A stretch of DNA of 19,226 nucleotides from Sandaracinaceae bacterium (GTDB taxonomy: Bacteria > Myxococcota_A > Polyangia > Polyangiales > Sandaracinaceae), in assembly GCA_044220955.1 (NCBI GenBank), contig JBGAQA010000116.1, positions 1 through 19,226 of the forward strand, read 5' to 3'. The position numbers and the translations under genes were made by a program. Position 1 is the first letter of the stretch. Every line of letters begins with the position of its first letter. The notes under the pieces were generated by a model that was not told the origin of the DNA, did not search any database, and saw only the letters and a program-made list of their open reading frames with translations. Of the stretch, positions 1 to 7,625 are shown one piece after another.

Positions 1-33
1 AGCGAGAGCGAGAGCGAGAGCGAGAGCGAGAGC
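1..33. repeat. Hexanucleotide tandem repeat (AGCGAG)n, about 5.5 copies, truncated by the window edge
   Basis: Perfect AGCGAG periodicity over positions 1-33, directly upstream of the first gene. Confidence 0.95.
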
Positions 34-51
34 GTGTATCCTCGGCCGGCG

Positions 52-1107
52 ATGGGGGCTCCGAACACCTTTCCGCCGCTCGTGTGGGCCGAGAGCGACC
101 TGCTCGTCACCGCCGAGGGCAGCACGCTGCTGGCGTACGACGCGGCCACCGAGGGGCCGGTCTGGATGGACGCGCTCGAGGGCGACGTGCTCTCTGTCGC
201 GGACGCCGGCAAGCGGATCGTCGCGCTCACGTCGGGGGGCAAGCTCTTCGAGCACGGGCTCGACGGAGCTCGGATCGCGGTCCGCAGCGTGCGCGGCGCG
301 CGCGGCGTCGTCGCGACCGAGGAGCTGCGCTGCGCCTTCGGGGACGACGAGACGCTGATCGTCGACAAGCAGGGCAAGGAGCGGCGCATCGCCCTGAGGG
401 ACGTCGGCGGCGCGGCGTTCTCCGGCGACGGGACGAGGCTCCTGCTCGGCACGCGCGGCGGCAAGACGCACGTCGTCGATCCGAGGACGGGCGCGACCCT
501 CGGCACGGGCAGCGCGCCTGGCCCGATCTGCGGCGCAGCGTGGTCGCCGGCCGGCTACTTCGGTGCGTCGGTTCGCTCCAAGGTCGGCGGGATCGCCCGC
601 GTCGAGCCCGAGACGGGCGCCATCAAGCCGATGATCGGCATCGGCGACCACCCGATCGACGCGATCGCGTTCAGCCGCGACGGCCGCTTCGCTGCGGCGC
701 GCATCCCCGACTTTCGCGTGATGCTCTTCGACGTGGCGGGCAACCGACCGGTCGGGGTCGTCACCTACGGCAAGCCGGAGACGCTCGGGCAGGTCGCGTT
801 CGGCGTGGGCTCCTGGGTCGCCATCGCGATCGGCCACGGCGACGCCAACAAGATCGAGCTGGCGACGGGCGCGGTACACCGCACGGATCCGCACGCCGGC
901 CGAGCGCGGCACCGGTGGGTCCTCGCCTCCGACGTCAACGCCGCCCGCGCGCGCGAGGTGCTCGGGGCGGCCGCGCGTGGGCAGGCGCGCGTCGCGAGCG
1001 ACGCTGCGCCCGCCGGTGGCGAAGCGCTGTCGACCTCCGGGTGGATTCGCCTCTTGCTCGGTCTGTTCGCCCTCATGGTCATCGCGTACGCGCTGATGAG
1101 CCGCTGA
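52..1107 (+). CDS. WD40/YVTN-like beta-propeller protein with a C-terminal transmembrane anchor (~351 aa)
   Basis: Blade-like motifs (AAFSGDGTRLLLG, AAWSPAG, AIAFSRDGRFAA, LLAYDAATEGPVW) and hydrophobic C-terminus WIRLLLGLFALMVIAYALM. ATG 52 is preferred to GTG 34 because a TATCCT hexamer lies at 37-42. Confidence 0.75.
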   Translation: MGAPNTFPPLVWAESDLLVTAEGSTLLAYDAATEGPVWMDALEGDVLSVADAGKRIVALTSGGKLFEHGLDGARIAVRSVRGARGVVATEELRCAFGDDETLIVDKQGKERRIALRDVGGAAFSGDGTRLLLGTRGGKTHVVDPRTGATLGTGSAPGPICGAAWSPAGYFGASVRSKVGGIARVEPETGAIKPMIGIGDHPIDAIAFSRDGRFAAARIPDFRVMLFDVAGNRPVGVVTYGKPETLGQVAFGVGSWVAIAIGHGDANKIELATGAVHRTDPHAGRARHRWVLASDVNAARAREVLGAAARGQARVASDAAPAGGEALSTSGWIRLLLGLFALMVIAYALMSR

Positions 1108-1114
1108 GGTGCGG

Positions 1115-1510
1115 TCACGCCCGCGGCGGCCGCGTGCACCACCAAGCGATCCACATGAACATCGGCTGCAAGGGCAAGCGCGCCCACACGATCCAGCGCT
1201 CCGGCACGGCGCCGTTCACCGCGATCGGCTCGAGCGCCATGTAGACGTTCGCCGGGAACACCGCGACGTAGAGCAGCACGAGGCCCCAGCCGGCGAGCGC
1301 GCGCGTGCGCGGCACCAGCACGCCGAGGCCACCCGCGATCTCCGCCACGCCCGAGATCCACACGAGCAGCAGCGGCGCGGGGAACATCGGCGGCATGATC
1401 TGCACGAAGGCGTCCGCGCGCGCGAAGTGCAGGACGCCCATCGTCGTCATCGCGACGGCGAGCAGCCCTCGAACCGCGCGGCGTGCTCGCTCCCGGCGCT
1501 CGTCCCTCAT
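1115..1510 (-). CDS. DoxX-like family membrane protein (131 aa)
   Basis: Motifs GVLHF, F..IMPP.FP, SGVAEIAGGLG, AVFPANVYMA and RLPLQ, plus four hydrophobic segments, are typical of this family. Confidence 0.85.
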   Translation of the reverse strand: MRDERRERARRAVRGLLAVAMTTMGVLHFARADAFVQIMPPMFPAPLLLVWISGVAEIAGGLGVLVPRTRALAGWGLVLLYVAVFPANVYMALEPIAVNGAVPERWIVWARLPLQPMFMWIAWWCTRPPRA

Positions 1511-1625
1511 CGCGGGCGAGCTTGGTCCGGATCCCGCCGCGCGCCACGATTGCGTCCACGCGCCGCGTTGTGGTGATCGCGGGGCCGCTGCCGCGCTATC
1601 CTCGCCGGGCCGCGGAAGCGGCGCG

Positions 1626-3506
1626 ATGGAGACGGACTCGACACAGGTGACGGGATCGCCGGCCGCGACGCGCGGACCGCGGCGCGGGACCGTGCTCGGA
1701 GAGCGCTACGAGATCCTCGATCAGCTCGACGGGGACGCCCTGGGTCTCACGTACAAGGCGCTCGATCAGGAGAACGAGGCGCACGTCCTGTTCCGCATGC
1801 CCGCGCCGGGCGCGCTCGGAGAGCGGGACGCGCGCTCGCTCGTCAGCCGCCTCTCGCCGCTGGTTGGCATCGGCGGCCGGACGCTCGCGCGCATCCGGGA
1901 CGTCGATCGCGAGGGCGCGCTCGTGTTCGTGGTCGAGCCCTGGCCGCAGGGCACCACGTTCCGCGCGATCCTCGAGGCGCGAAGGAGCAAGGGCAGCGTC
2001 TTCACGAGCGTGGAGCTCTTGCCGGTGATCGCGAGCCTGGCCGAGGTGACGCTGGCGATTCCCGAGCCGTGGTTCCACGGCGATCTCCGCGCGCACCGCG
2101 TGTACGTCAGCAGCGACGGTGTGCGCGTGACGGGCGGCTTCGCGCTCTCGGTCCTGCCGGGCGACGCGATCGTGGACGCGCTCACCGACGACGTGGGCCT
2201 GCGCCGGCAGTTCGCGCCCGAGGTGGGCGACGGGCTGGCAGGGCGGCCGTCCGATCGATGGTCGGTGGCCGCGCTCGCCTGGGAGGCGCTCACCGGGAGC
2301 CCGCCCGAGCCGGGGCCGAAGACCGCGCCGCCCGCGCTGGGTGAGCTCGGCAAGGTGCTCGTTCGCTACCTCGACCCGGATCCGACGCTGCGACCGCCGA
2401 CGCTCGAGCTGCTCGTGGGCACGCTCGCCAAGCATGCCGGCGCGACGGCGCCGAAGCTCACGCCGGAGCCCTTCTCGGTCGAGGTCGAGGCGCCGAGCGA
2501 CGAGCGCACGCAGCAGCTCGACGCGAGCGACCTCGGGCCGCTGGACACCGGCGCAGGCAAGAAGCCGGCGGCCAACGACACGGCGAAGATGCAGGCGGTG
2601 GTGCTCTCCGACGCGCCGACGGTGAAGGAGAAAGACGAGCGCGATCTCTCCGACATCGATCCCGCCCTCCTCAAGGCCGCCGCGCTCAACCGCAAGATGA
2701 GCGAGTCGGGCACCTTCGCGCTCGACGCCAAGGAGCTCGAGCCGGTCACGGGCCAGAAGAGCGAGCCGCGGCCGCGCGCGCCGGACAGCGGCGAGCTCGA
2801 TCCCCGTCTCGTGCGGGCAGCCCTGGGGCTCGACGAGGGGACCGATCCGAAGGGGGACGGGAAGCCGCGCGCGCGGCCGAAGGCGTCGACGACCCAGGAG
2901 CTCGATACGCTCGATCTCGAGGCGGTCCCGGCTCCGGCGAAGCAGGCCGTCGCGTCGGCGCGCGCCTCGGCGCCCAGGGCGGCCGCCCCGGCGCCGAGCG
3001 CGAAGTCGATCCCGGTGCCCAAGCCGCTGCCAGCGTCCAAGTCGATCCCGGCGCCGCAGCCGATGCCGGCGTCCAAGTCGATCCCGGCGCCGAAGCCGAT
3101 GCCCACGCCCGCGCCCAAGGCGGCTGCCCCGGCGCCCAAGCCGCTGCCGGCGCCCTCGCCCGCGGCTGCGCCTCACACGCCCATCGTGATGCCCGCGCCC
3201 AAGCCGATGCCGGCCGTGCAGCCCGCTCCGCGGCCGATGCCCGCCGTGCAGCCGGCCGTCCAAGCCGTCGATCAGGCCACGGTCGTCACTGCGCCGCCCG
3301 CGGTCGTCCCCGGTCCCCGCCCCTTCGCAGAGCAAGCGCCCACCCGGATCGATCGGCCGCGCTCGAACGGTACGCTGATCATCGCCATCGCGGTCGGCGT
3401 CGCGGTGACGATCCTGGTGCTCGCGTTCTGGTACCGCTCCGCGCAGCAAGAGGCCGCGCGGCAGCGCGAGATCGACGAGCGCGTCCGTCAGATCCAGGGG
3501 CAGTGA
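1626..3506 (+). CDS. Membrane-anchored Hanks-type Ser/Thr kinase-like protein, probably a pseudokinase, with a Pro/Ala-rich linker (~626 aa)
   Basis: N-terminal GTVLGERYEILDQL, YKALD, FVVEP, HGDLR, APE and SDRWS match kinase subdomains in order, followed by a Pro-rich region and a TM helix (LIIAIAVGVAVTILVLAFWY). ATG 1626 chosen because the upstream part of the ORF is antisense to the DoxX gene. Confidence 0.85.
   Translation: METDSTQVTGSPAATRGPRRGTVLGERYEILDQLDGDALGLTYKALDQENEAHVLFRMPAPGALGERDARSLVSRLSPLVGIGGRTLARIRDVDREGALVFVVEPWPQGTTFRAILEARRSKGSVFTSVELLPVIASLAEVTLAIPEPWFHGDLRAHRVYVSSDGVRVTGGFALSVLPGDAIVDALTDDVGLRRQFAPEVGDGLAGRPSDRWSVAALAWEALTGSPPEPGPKTAPPALGELGKVLVRYLDPDPTLRPPTLELLVGTLAKHAGATAPKLTPEPFSVEVEAPSDERTQQLDASDLGPLDTGAGKKPAANDTAKMQAVVLSDAPTVKEKDERDLSDIDPALLKAAALNRKMSESGTFALDAKELEPVTGQKSEPRPRAPDSGELDPRLVRAALGLDEGTDPKGDGKPRARPKASTTQELDTLDLEAVPAPAKQAVASARASAPRAAAPAPSAKSIPVPKPLPASKSIPAPQPMPASKSIPAPKPMPTPAPKAAAPAPKPLPAPSPAAAPHTPIVMPAPKPMPAVQPAPRPMPAVQPAVQAVDQATVVTAPPAVVPGPRPFAEQAPTRIDRPRSNGTLIIAIAVGVAVTILVLAFWYRSAQQEAARQREIDERVRQIQGQ
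3003..3263 (+). repeat. In-frame coding tandem repeats: three ~36-nt units (KSIPxPxP[LM]P) and two 30-nt units (PAP[KR]PMPAVQ)
   Basis: AAGTCGATCCCGG recurs at 3003, 3039 and 3075; 30-nt units start at 3192 and 3222. Confidence 0.85.
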
Positions 3507-3536
3507 CCCCGAGCGAGCGCTGCGTCGCCCTCGCGC

Positions 3537-3872
3537 CTACGCCGAGAGCCCGCGCTGCAGAACCTGGGCGATGACGGTCTTGGGCGCCGCGCCCATCTGA
3601 CGCGCGACCGCCTCGCCGCCCTTGAACACGATGATCGTCGGCACGCCGCGCACGCCGAACTTCACCGCGGTGTTGGGGGCCTCGTCGATGTCGAGCTTCA
3701 CGACCTTGACCTTGCCGACGTACTCGTCGGCGAGCTGGTCGATCAGCGGCGCGATCTGCTTGCAGGGGCCGCACCACGTCGCCGTGAAGTCCACCAGGAC
3801 GGGGGTCTCCGACCTGAGCACCTCGTCCTCGAAGTTGAGGTCGTTGACCGAGGAAACGTTCTTGCCCGCCAT
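3537..3872 (-). CDS. trxA: Thioredoxin (111 aa)
   Basis: VLVDFTATWCGPCK active site and GVRGVPT cis-Pro motif; GGAGG Shine-Dalgarno just upstream of ATG 3872. Confidence 0.96.
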   Translation of the reverse strand: MAGKNVSSVNDLNFEDEVLRSETPVLVDFTATWCGPCKQIAPLIDQLADEYVGKVKVVKLDIDEAPNTAVKFGVRGVPTIIVFKGGEAVARQMGAAPKTVIAQVLQRGLSA

Positions 3873-3988
3873 CCGTGAACCTCCGAGTACCCACAAGAGT
3901 GCTCGCCACGCAGGACCCGGACGGGAGCGCGCGTCGAGCGCGCGGACGGGAGGGGCCGGAGGGGCGAGCCGAACAATTGTCCCGTCCA

Positions 3989-4017
3989 CTCTTAGGGAGA
4001 TGGCCCCCCGGTGTCAA
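3989..4017 (-). promoter_or_regulatory. Putative sigma70-type promoter of trxA
   Basis: Minus strand reads TTGACA (4017-4012), 17 nt, TAAGAG (3994-3989). The -35 is perfect and overlaps the stop codon of the upstream small gene. Confidence 0.6.
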
Positions 4018-4250
4018 CGCAGGGCGAGCCACGCGCGCAGCGCGCCGTAGAGCGCGATCAGGCAGGCCCAGAGCACCGCGTGCCGCCGTAGCCCCGACTT
4101 CCACGCGAGATAGGGCGTCACCAGGGGCACGAGCGAGAACAAGCGCTCGCGCGTGGTGATCCCCGTCACGCCCATCACCCGCACGACGAGGGCCACGTGC
4201 ACGACGATCCAGGCCGCGCACAGCACGACCAGGGCGATCAGGACCAGCAC
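4014..4250 (-). CDS. Small hypothetical membrane protein (78 aa)
   Basis: Two to three hydrophobic segments; fills the gap between trxA and hom with GC-rich third codon positions. Confidence 0.7.
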   Translation of the reverse strand: MLVLIALVVLCAAWIVVHVALVVRVMGVTGITTRERLFSLVPLVTPYLAWKSGLRRHAVLWACLIALYGALRAWLALR

Positions 4251-4312
4251 GGCGGGACGATCTCACAGCTCGACCGTTGTCGCACCCGCGAGATCGGGCG
4301 TATGAAGCGCGC

Positions 4313-5644
4313 GTGTCCCCCAACCCGAACCGCCCCATCCGCGTCGGCCTGCTCGGCTGCGGCGTCGTCGGCGAGGGCACGCTGCAGCTCCTGCGTGACA
4401 ACCGCGAGAGCCTCGCGCGCCGCCTCGGGACCACCTTCGAGGTGCGCCGCGTGGTCGCGCGCGATCGCGTCAAGCCGCGCACCGACGCCCTCGAGGAGGG
4501 CAAGCTCTCGTTCGACGCGAGCGACGTGCTCGACGACCCGGACGTGGACGTCGTCGTCGAGCTGATGGGAGGGCTCGACCCGGCGGGGCGCTACGTGCGC
4601 ACCGCGATCGAGCGCGGCAAGTCGGTGGTCACGGCCAACAAGTTCCTGCTGGCCGAGCAGGGCCACGAGCTCTTCGAGCTGGCCGAGGCGCGCGGCGTCG
4701 ACCTCTACTTCGAGGCGGCGGTGTGCGGCGGCGTCCCCGTGATCCGCGTGCTGCGCGAGGCGCTGGTGTCGGACACGGTCGTCTCGCTCCGCGGCATCGT
4801 GAACGGGACGAGCAACTACATCCTCTCGCGCATGGCCGAGGAGCGCGTCGGCTACGACGTCGCGCTCAAGGGCGCGCAGGCGGCGGGCTACGCCGAGGCC
4901 GACCCCTCGCTCGACGTGAACGGGGGCGATGCGAGCCACAAGCTCGCGATCCTCTCGACGCTCGCGTTCGGCGCGCGCGTGCACACCGCCCAGATCGCGC
5001 GCGAGGGGATCGAGGCGATCTCCGCGGTCGACGTGAGGTTCGCCGAGCGCTTCGGCTACACGATCAAGCTGCTCGCCACCGGGCGGGTGCTTCCTGGCGG
5101 GTCGCTCGACCTGCGCGTGCACCCCGCGATGATCCGGCGCACGAGCGTGCTCGCGAGCATCTCGGGCGCGCTGAACGCGGTCGTGCTCGAGGGCGAGCGC
5201 CTCGGGCCTTGCATGCTCTCCGGGTACGGCGCCGGCGCGATGCCCACCGCGATGAGCGTGGTGAGCGACCTCGTCGACGTCGGCCGCAACATGCTGGCCG
5301 GCGCGCGCGGCCGCGTGCCGCAGCGCTCGATGCGCTCGGAGCTGCTCGCCGATCGCGAGGTGCGCTCGCCCGGCGAGCTCGTCGGCCCGTACTACCTGCG
5401 CTTCTCGGTGCTCGACCGCCCCGACATCCTGGCGCGCATCGCGGGCGTGCTCGGCGCCTTCGAGGTCTCCGTCCGCGAGCTCGTGCAGGACGGCCGGTCG
5501 CCGGGCTCGGACGACCCGGTGCAGCTCGTGATGATCACACACCCGTGCCGCGATGCCGCGATCCGGGGCGCGCTGCGCGAGATCGACCGGCTCAGCGGCA
5601 TCGCGCGGCCGACGAGCGCGATCCGGATCGAAGAGAGCGCCTGA
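4313..5644 (+). CDS. hom: Homoserine dehydrogenase with C-terminal ACT domain (~443 aa)
   Basis: GLLGCGVVG Rossmann motif, VVELMGG, VVTANK, FEAAVCGGVP, GIVNGTSNYIL, GYAEADP, G.GAG..PTA..V.SD, and ACT motif YYLRFSVLDRPDILARIA. Start GTG 4313 inferred. Confidence 0.96.
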   Translation: MSPNPNRPIRVGLLGCGVVGEGTLQLLRDNRESLARRLGTTFEVRRVVARDRVKPRTDALEEGKLSFDASDVLDDPDVDVVVELMGGLDPAGRYVRTAIERGKSVVTANKFLLAEQGHELFELAEARGVDLYFEAAVCGGVPVIRVLREALVSDTVVSLRGIVNGTSNYILSRMAEERVGYDVALKGAQAAGYAEADPSLDVNGGDASHKLAILSTLAFGARVHTAQIAREGIEAISAVDVRFAERFGYTIKLLATGRVLPGGSLDLRVHPAMIRRTSVLASISGALNAVVLEGERLGPCMLSGYGAGAMPTAMSVVSDLVDVGRNMLAGARGRVPQRSMRSELLADREVRSPGELVGPYYLRFSVLDRPDILARIAGVLGAFEVSVRELVQDGRSPGSDDPVQLVMITHPCRDAAIRGALREIDRLSGIARPTSAIRIEESA

Positions 5645-5661
5645 TCAGGCCGCCGGTCGCC

Positions 5662-5701
5662 TTGACATGCATGTGCATGCATCACCACATTCACATGCAT
5701 G
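5662..5701 (+). promoter_or_regulatory. Promoter/operator of the toxin-antitoxin operon
   Basis: TTGACA (5662-5667), 18 nt, CACATT (5686-5691). Three CATGCAT units at 5666, 5676 and 5694, with a 10-bp inverted repeat CATGCATGTG (5666-5675) / CACATGCATG (5692-5701). Confidence 0.75.
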
Positions 5702-5938
5702 CGGACCACGATCGAGCTCACGGCTCGCCAGCGCGCGAAGCTCCTCGAGCTCGCCGGTAGGCATGGAATGAAGGGCTTCTCCCTGCTGATCCAGGAGGCG
5801 GTCGACCGCTACCTGGCCGAGCAGGAGTCGCAGTCGGCCCGCATCGGGCTTGCTCTCTCGGCCATCGGCTCGCTCGATGACGAGAGCGCGGACGCGCTCG
5901 AGGCGGCGACCCGCGCGAGCCGTGAGAGCTGGCGATGA
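5699..5938 (+). CDS. vapB: VapB-type antitoxin, ribbon-helix-helix/CopG-like (79 aa)
   Basis: MRTTIEL...S.LIQEAVDRYL RHH pattern with acidic C-terminus; ATGA overlap with the downstream PIN gene. Confidence 0.82.
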   Translation: MRTTIELTARQRAKLLELAGRHGMKGFSLLIQEAVDRYLAEQESQSARIGLALSAIGSLDDESADALEAATRASRESWR

Positions 5939-6318
5939 TCGTCGCCGACACGGACGTGCTCGTCGATGCGCTACGCGGACGCGGCGCGGCGCAGCGCATC
6001 CGCGTCGAGCTCGCGACCGGCAGGCTCGCCACCACGGTGGTCAGTGTGTTCGAGCTGCTCTCGGGCGCGCGGACGGACGCGGAGCGAGAGCGCGTCGAGA
6101 ACCTCGTCGGCGCGATCGCGAAGCTGCCGATCGACGAGGCGAGCGCGCGCGAGGCCGCCGACATCGCGCGCGAGCTGTCGGCTCGGGGCGCGCCGATCGG
6201 GCCGGCCGACTCGCTCATCGCGGGCGTGTGCCGCGCGCGTGGCGCGACGCTCCTGACGAGGAACCGCGCGCACTTCGAGCGCGTGCCGGGACTGAAGCTG
6301 GGCAGCCTCACCGAGTGA
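5935..6318 (+). CDS. vapC: VapC-type PIN-domain toxin (127 aa)
   Basis: MIVADTDVLVD, SVFELLSG, PADSLIAG and LLTRNRAHFERVPGL are canonical PIN/VapC motifs. Confidence 0.92.
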   Translation: MIVADTDVLVDALRGRGAAQRIRVELATGRLATTVVSVFELLSGARTDAERERVENLVGAIAKLPIDEASAREAADIARELSARGAPIGPADSLIAGVCRARGATLLTRNRAHFERVPGLKLGSLTE

Positions 6319-6331
6319 GCGAGGGCGAGGC

Positions 6332-6913
6332 TCAGCGCGCGTCGCCGAGCAGCACCTCGAGCCCGACCGTCACCATGAACACGTCCGGGCCATCCCCGCT
6401 CGAGGCCGGCATCACGTGGACGAAGCGGAGCGCGGGGCCGATGTCGGCAGCGCCCGCGAGGAAGAGAAAGCCGACCGCTGCCTCGAACGTCGGCTGAGCG
6501 CGGGCGCCGAAGAGCGTGAGACCGGCGTCGATCTCGGCCCACACGCACGCGGCGCGCGAGGGCTCCTCCGGGTGCGCGATTCCGCGCGGCCGGAAGCGGA
6601 CGCCGCCGAGGAACGACGCCATGCCGGTGGGGTCGTGCTGCTGCCCGCCCGCACCGAGCGCCGCGGCCCGCGCGCGGACGAGCGGCATCAACCAGTTCGT
6701 GACCGAGAACTGCGCCGCGAGCGAGAGCGTCGCGCCGGGCGCGAGCGCCGACGTGCTCGGCGAGGTCGTGGGCACGAGCAGCGCGCCCTCGGCGCCGAAG
6801 ATCACGCGCTCGCCCTGCGCCGCGGCCACCGATGGCGCGAGCCCGAGCAGCGATGCGAGCGCCAGCGCGGCGATCCTCAGGTGTGCGCGGCCGGGCCCTG
6901 CCCGATGCGGCAC
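6332..6913 (-). CDS. Putative exported small outer-membrane beta-barrel protein (start uncertain)
   Basis: Signal-peptide-like RIAALALASLLGLAPSVAAA|Q followed by about eight amphipathic beta-strands (GGVRFRP, WAEIDAG, FEAAVGFLF, IGPALRFVHV, VTVGLEVLL). The nearest standard start is GTG 6913. Confidence 0.65.
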   Translation of the reverse strand: MPHRAGPGRAHLRIAALALASLLGLAPSVAAAQGERVIFGAEGALLVPTTSPSTSALAPGATLSLAAQFSVTNWLMPLVRARAAALGAGGQQHDPTGMASFLGGVRFRPRGIAHPEEPSRAACVWAEIDAGLTLFGARAQPTFEAAVGFLFLAGAADIGPALRFVHVMPASSGDGPDVFMVTVGLEVLLGDAR

Positions 6914-7101
6914 GTGTCGATCCCGAAGAGGCGGTAGAGCGGGCAGCTGCCCGCGACGCCGGTCACGAGCGGCAGCAGCCCGACCAAGCCCCACAGCGAG
7001 TGGGGCGGCAGGATGGTGAGAGTCAGTAGCGCGACCCCCAGCACCACGCGGATCAAGCGATCCACCGTGTGCTCGTTCTGCGGAAACACCTTTTCGATCA
7101 T
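6877..7101 (-). CDS. DUF2892 (YgaP-like) inner membrane protein (74 aa)
   Basis: N....DR.IRVVLG...GLVGLLPLVTG..G.CPLY.LFGI.TC signature; AGGAG Shine-Dalgarno upstream. Confidence 0.9.
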   Translation of the reverse strand: MIEKVFPQNEHTVDRLIRVVLGVALLTLTILPPHSLWGLVGLLPLVTGVAGSCPLYRLFGIDTCRIGQGPAAHT

Positions 7102-7250
7102 GGCGTCGCTCCTCTCGTGCTCGGTTGCCCATCACCTATGCACGTGAGAGCCGGGCGCCGCGGGGAGGGTTCGTGCGGTCCTCGTGCGCGTGCGCGGGGT
7201 CACGGGAGGCAGAGCCAGGCGAGGGCCAGGGCGAGAGCGAGACTTCGCGC

Positions 7251-7619
7251 TCAGCCCGGATCCGATCCCCTCGGCGCCGCTGGCACCATGCTGCACCGGC
7301 CGTCGAAGAGGCTGCCCTTCGCGATGTCGATCTCGGGCGCCGTGATGTCGGCGTGCACCTGCGCGCCCTCGTGGATCTCGATCAGCTCGCGCGCCACCAC
7401 GCTGCCGCGCAAGGTCCCGCCGCGCACGATCAGCGTGCCGACCTCGATGGTGGCGTCGACGTTCGAGCCGTCGCCGAGGACGAGCAGGCCCTCGCTCTTG
7501 ATCTCGCCCTTCACCTCGCCGTCGACGCGGACGCGGCCCTCGAACGTCAGGAGGCCCTCGAAGCGCGTGCCGCGGCCCAGCAGCGCTTGCAGCTCTCCGA
7601 GGCCGGTCAGGTCACGCAT
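7251..7619 (-). CDS. Bactofilin (polymer-forming cytoskeletal protein, 122 aa)
   Basis: LLGRGTRFEGLLTFEGRVRVDGEVKGEI...GAQVHADITAPEIDIAKGSLFDGRCSM beta-helix repeats. An in-frame stop four codons upstream fixes the start. Confidence 0.92.
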   Translation of the reverse strand: MRDLTGLGELQALLGRGTRFEGLLTFEGRVRVDGEVKGEIKSEGLLVLGDGSNVDATIEVGTLIVRGGTLRGSVVARELIEIHEGAQVHADITAPEIDIAKGSLFDGRCSMVPAAPRGSDPG

Positions 7620-7625
7620 GGCCGG

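Noticed and set aside
1305..1625. N-terminal ORF extensions given by the ORF track (kinase-like gene here; likewise trxA, atpF, the 7693 OMP, amidohydrolase and miaA)
   Set aside because: They overlap neighbouring real genes or promoters; domain boundaries, Shine-Dalgarno sites and stop-start overlaps support the downstream starts.
3003..3110. 36-nt periodic repeat as a possible CRISPR array
   Set aside because: The units are in-frame coding repeats without unique spacers, and no cas genes are present.
5645..6331. vapBC as part of a mobile element or defence island
   Set aside because: No integrase, transposase, att-like repeats or other defence genes nearby, and the coding composition looks like that of the flanking genes.
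1115..7101. DoxX, thioredoxin and DUF2892 as a thiol/sulfur redox cluster
   Set aside because: They are separated by unrelated genes with no operon structure or shared motif; the link is only thematic.
7189..7204. CGTGC-N6-TCACG upstream of DUF2892 as a Crp/Fnr-family site
   Set aside because: Only a partial match, no regulator gene in the window, and likely by chance.
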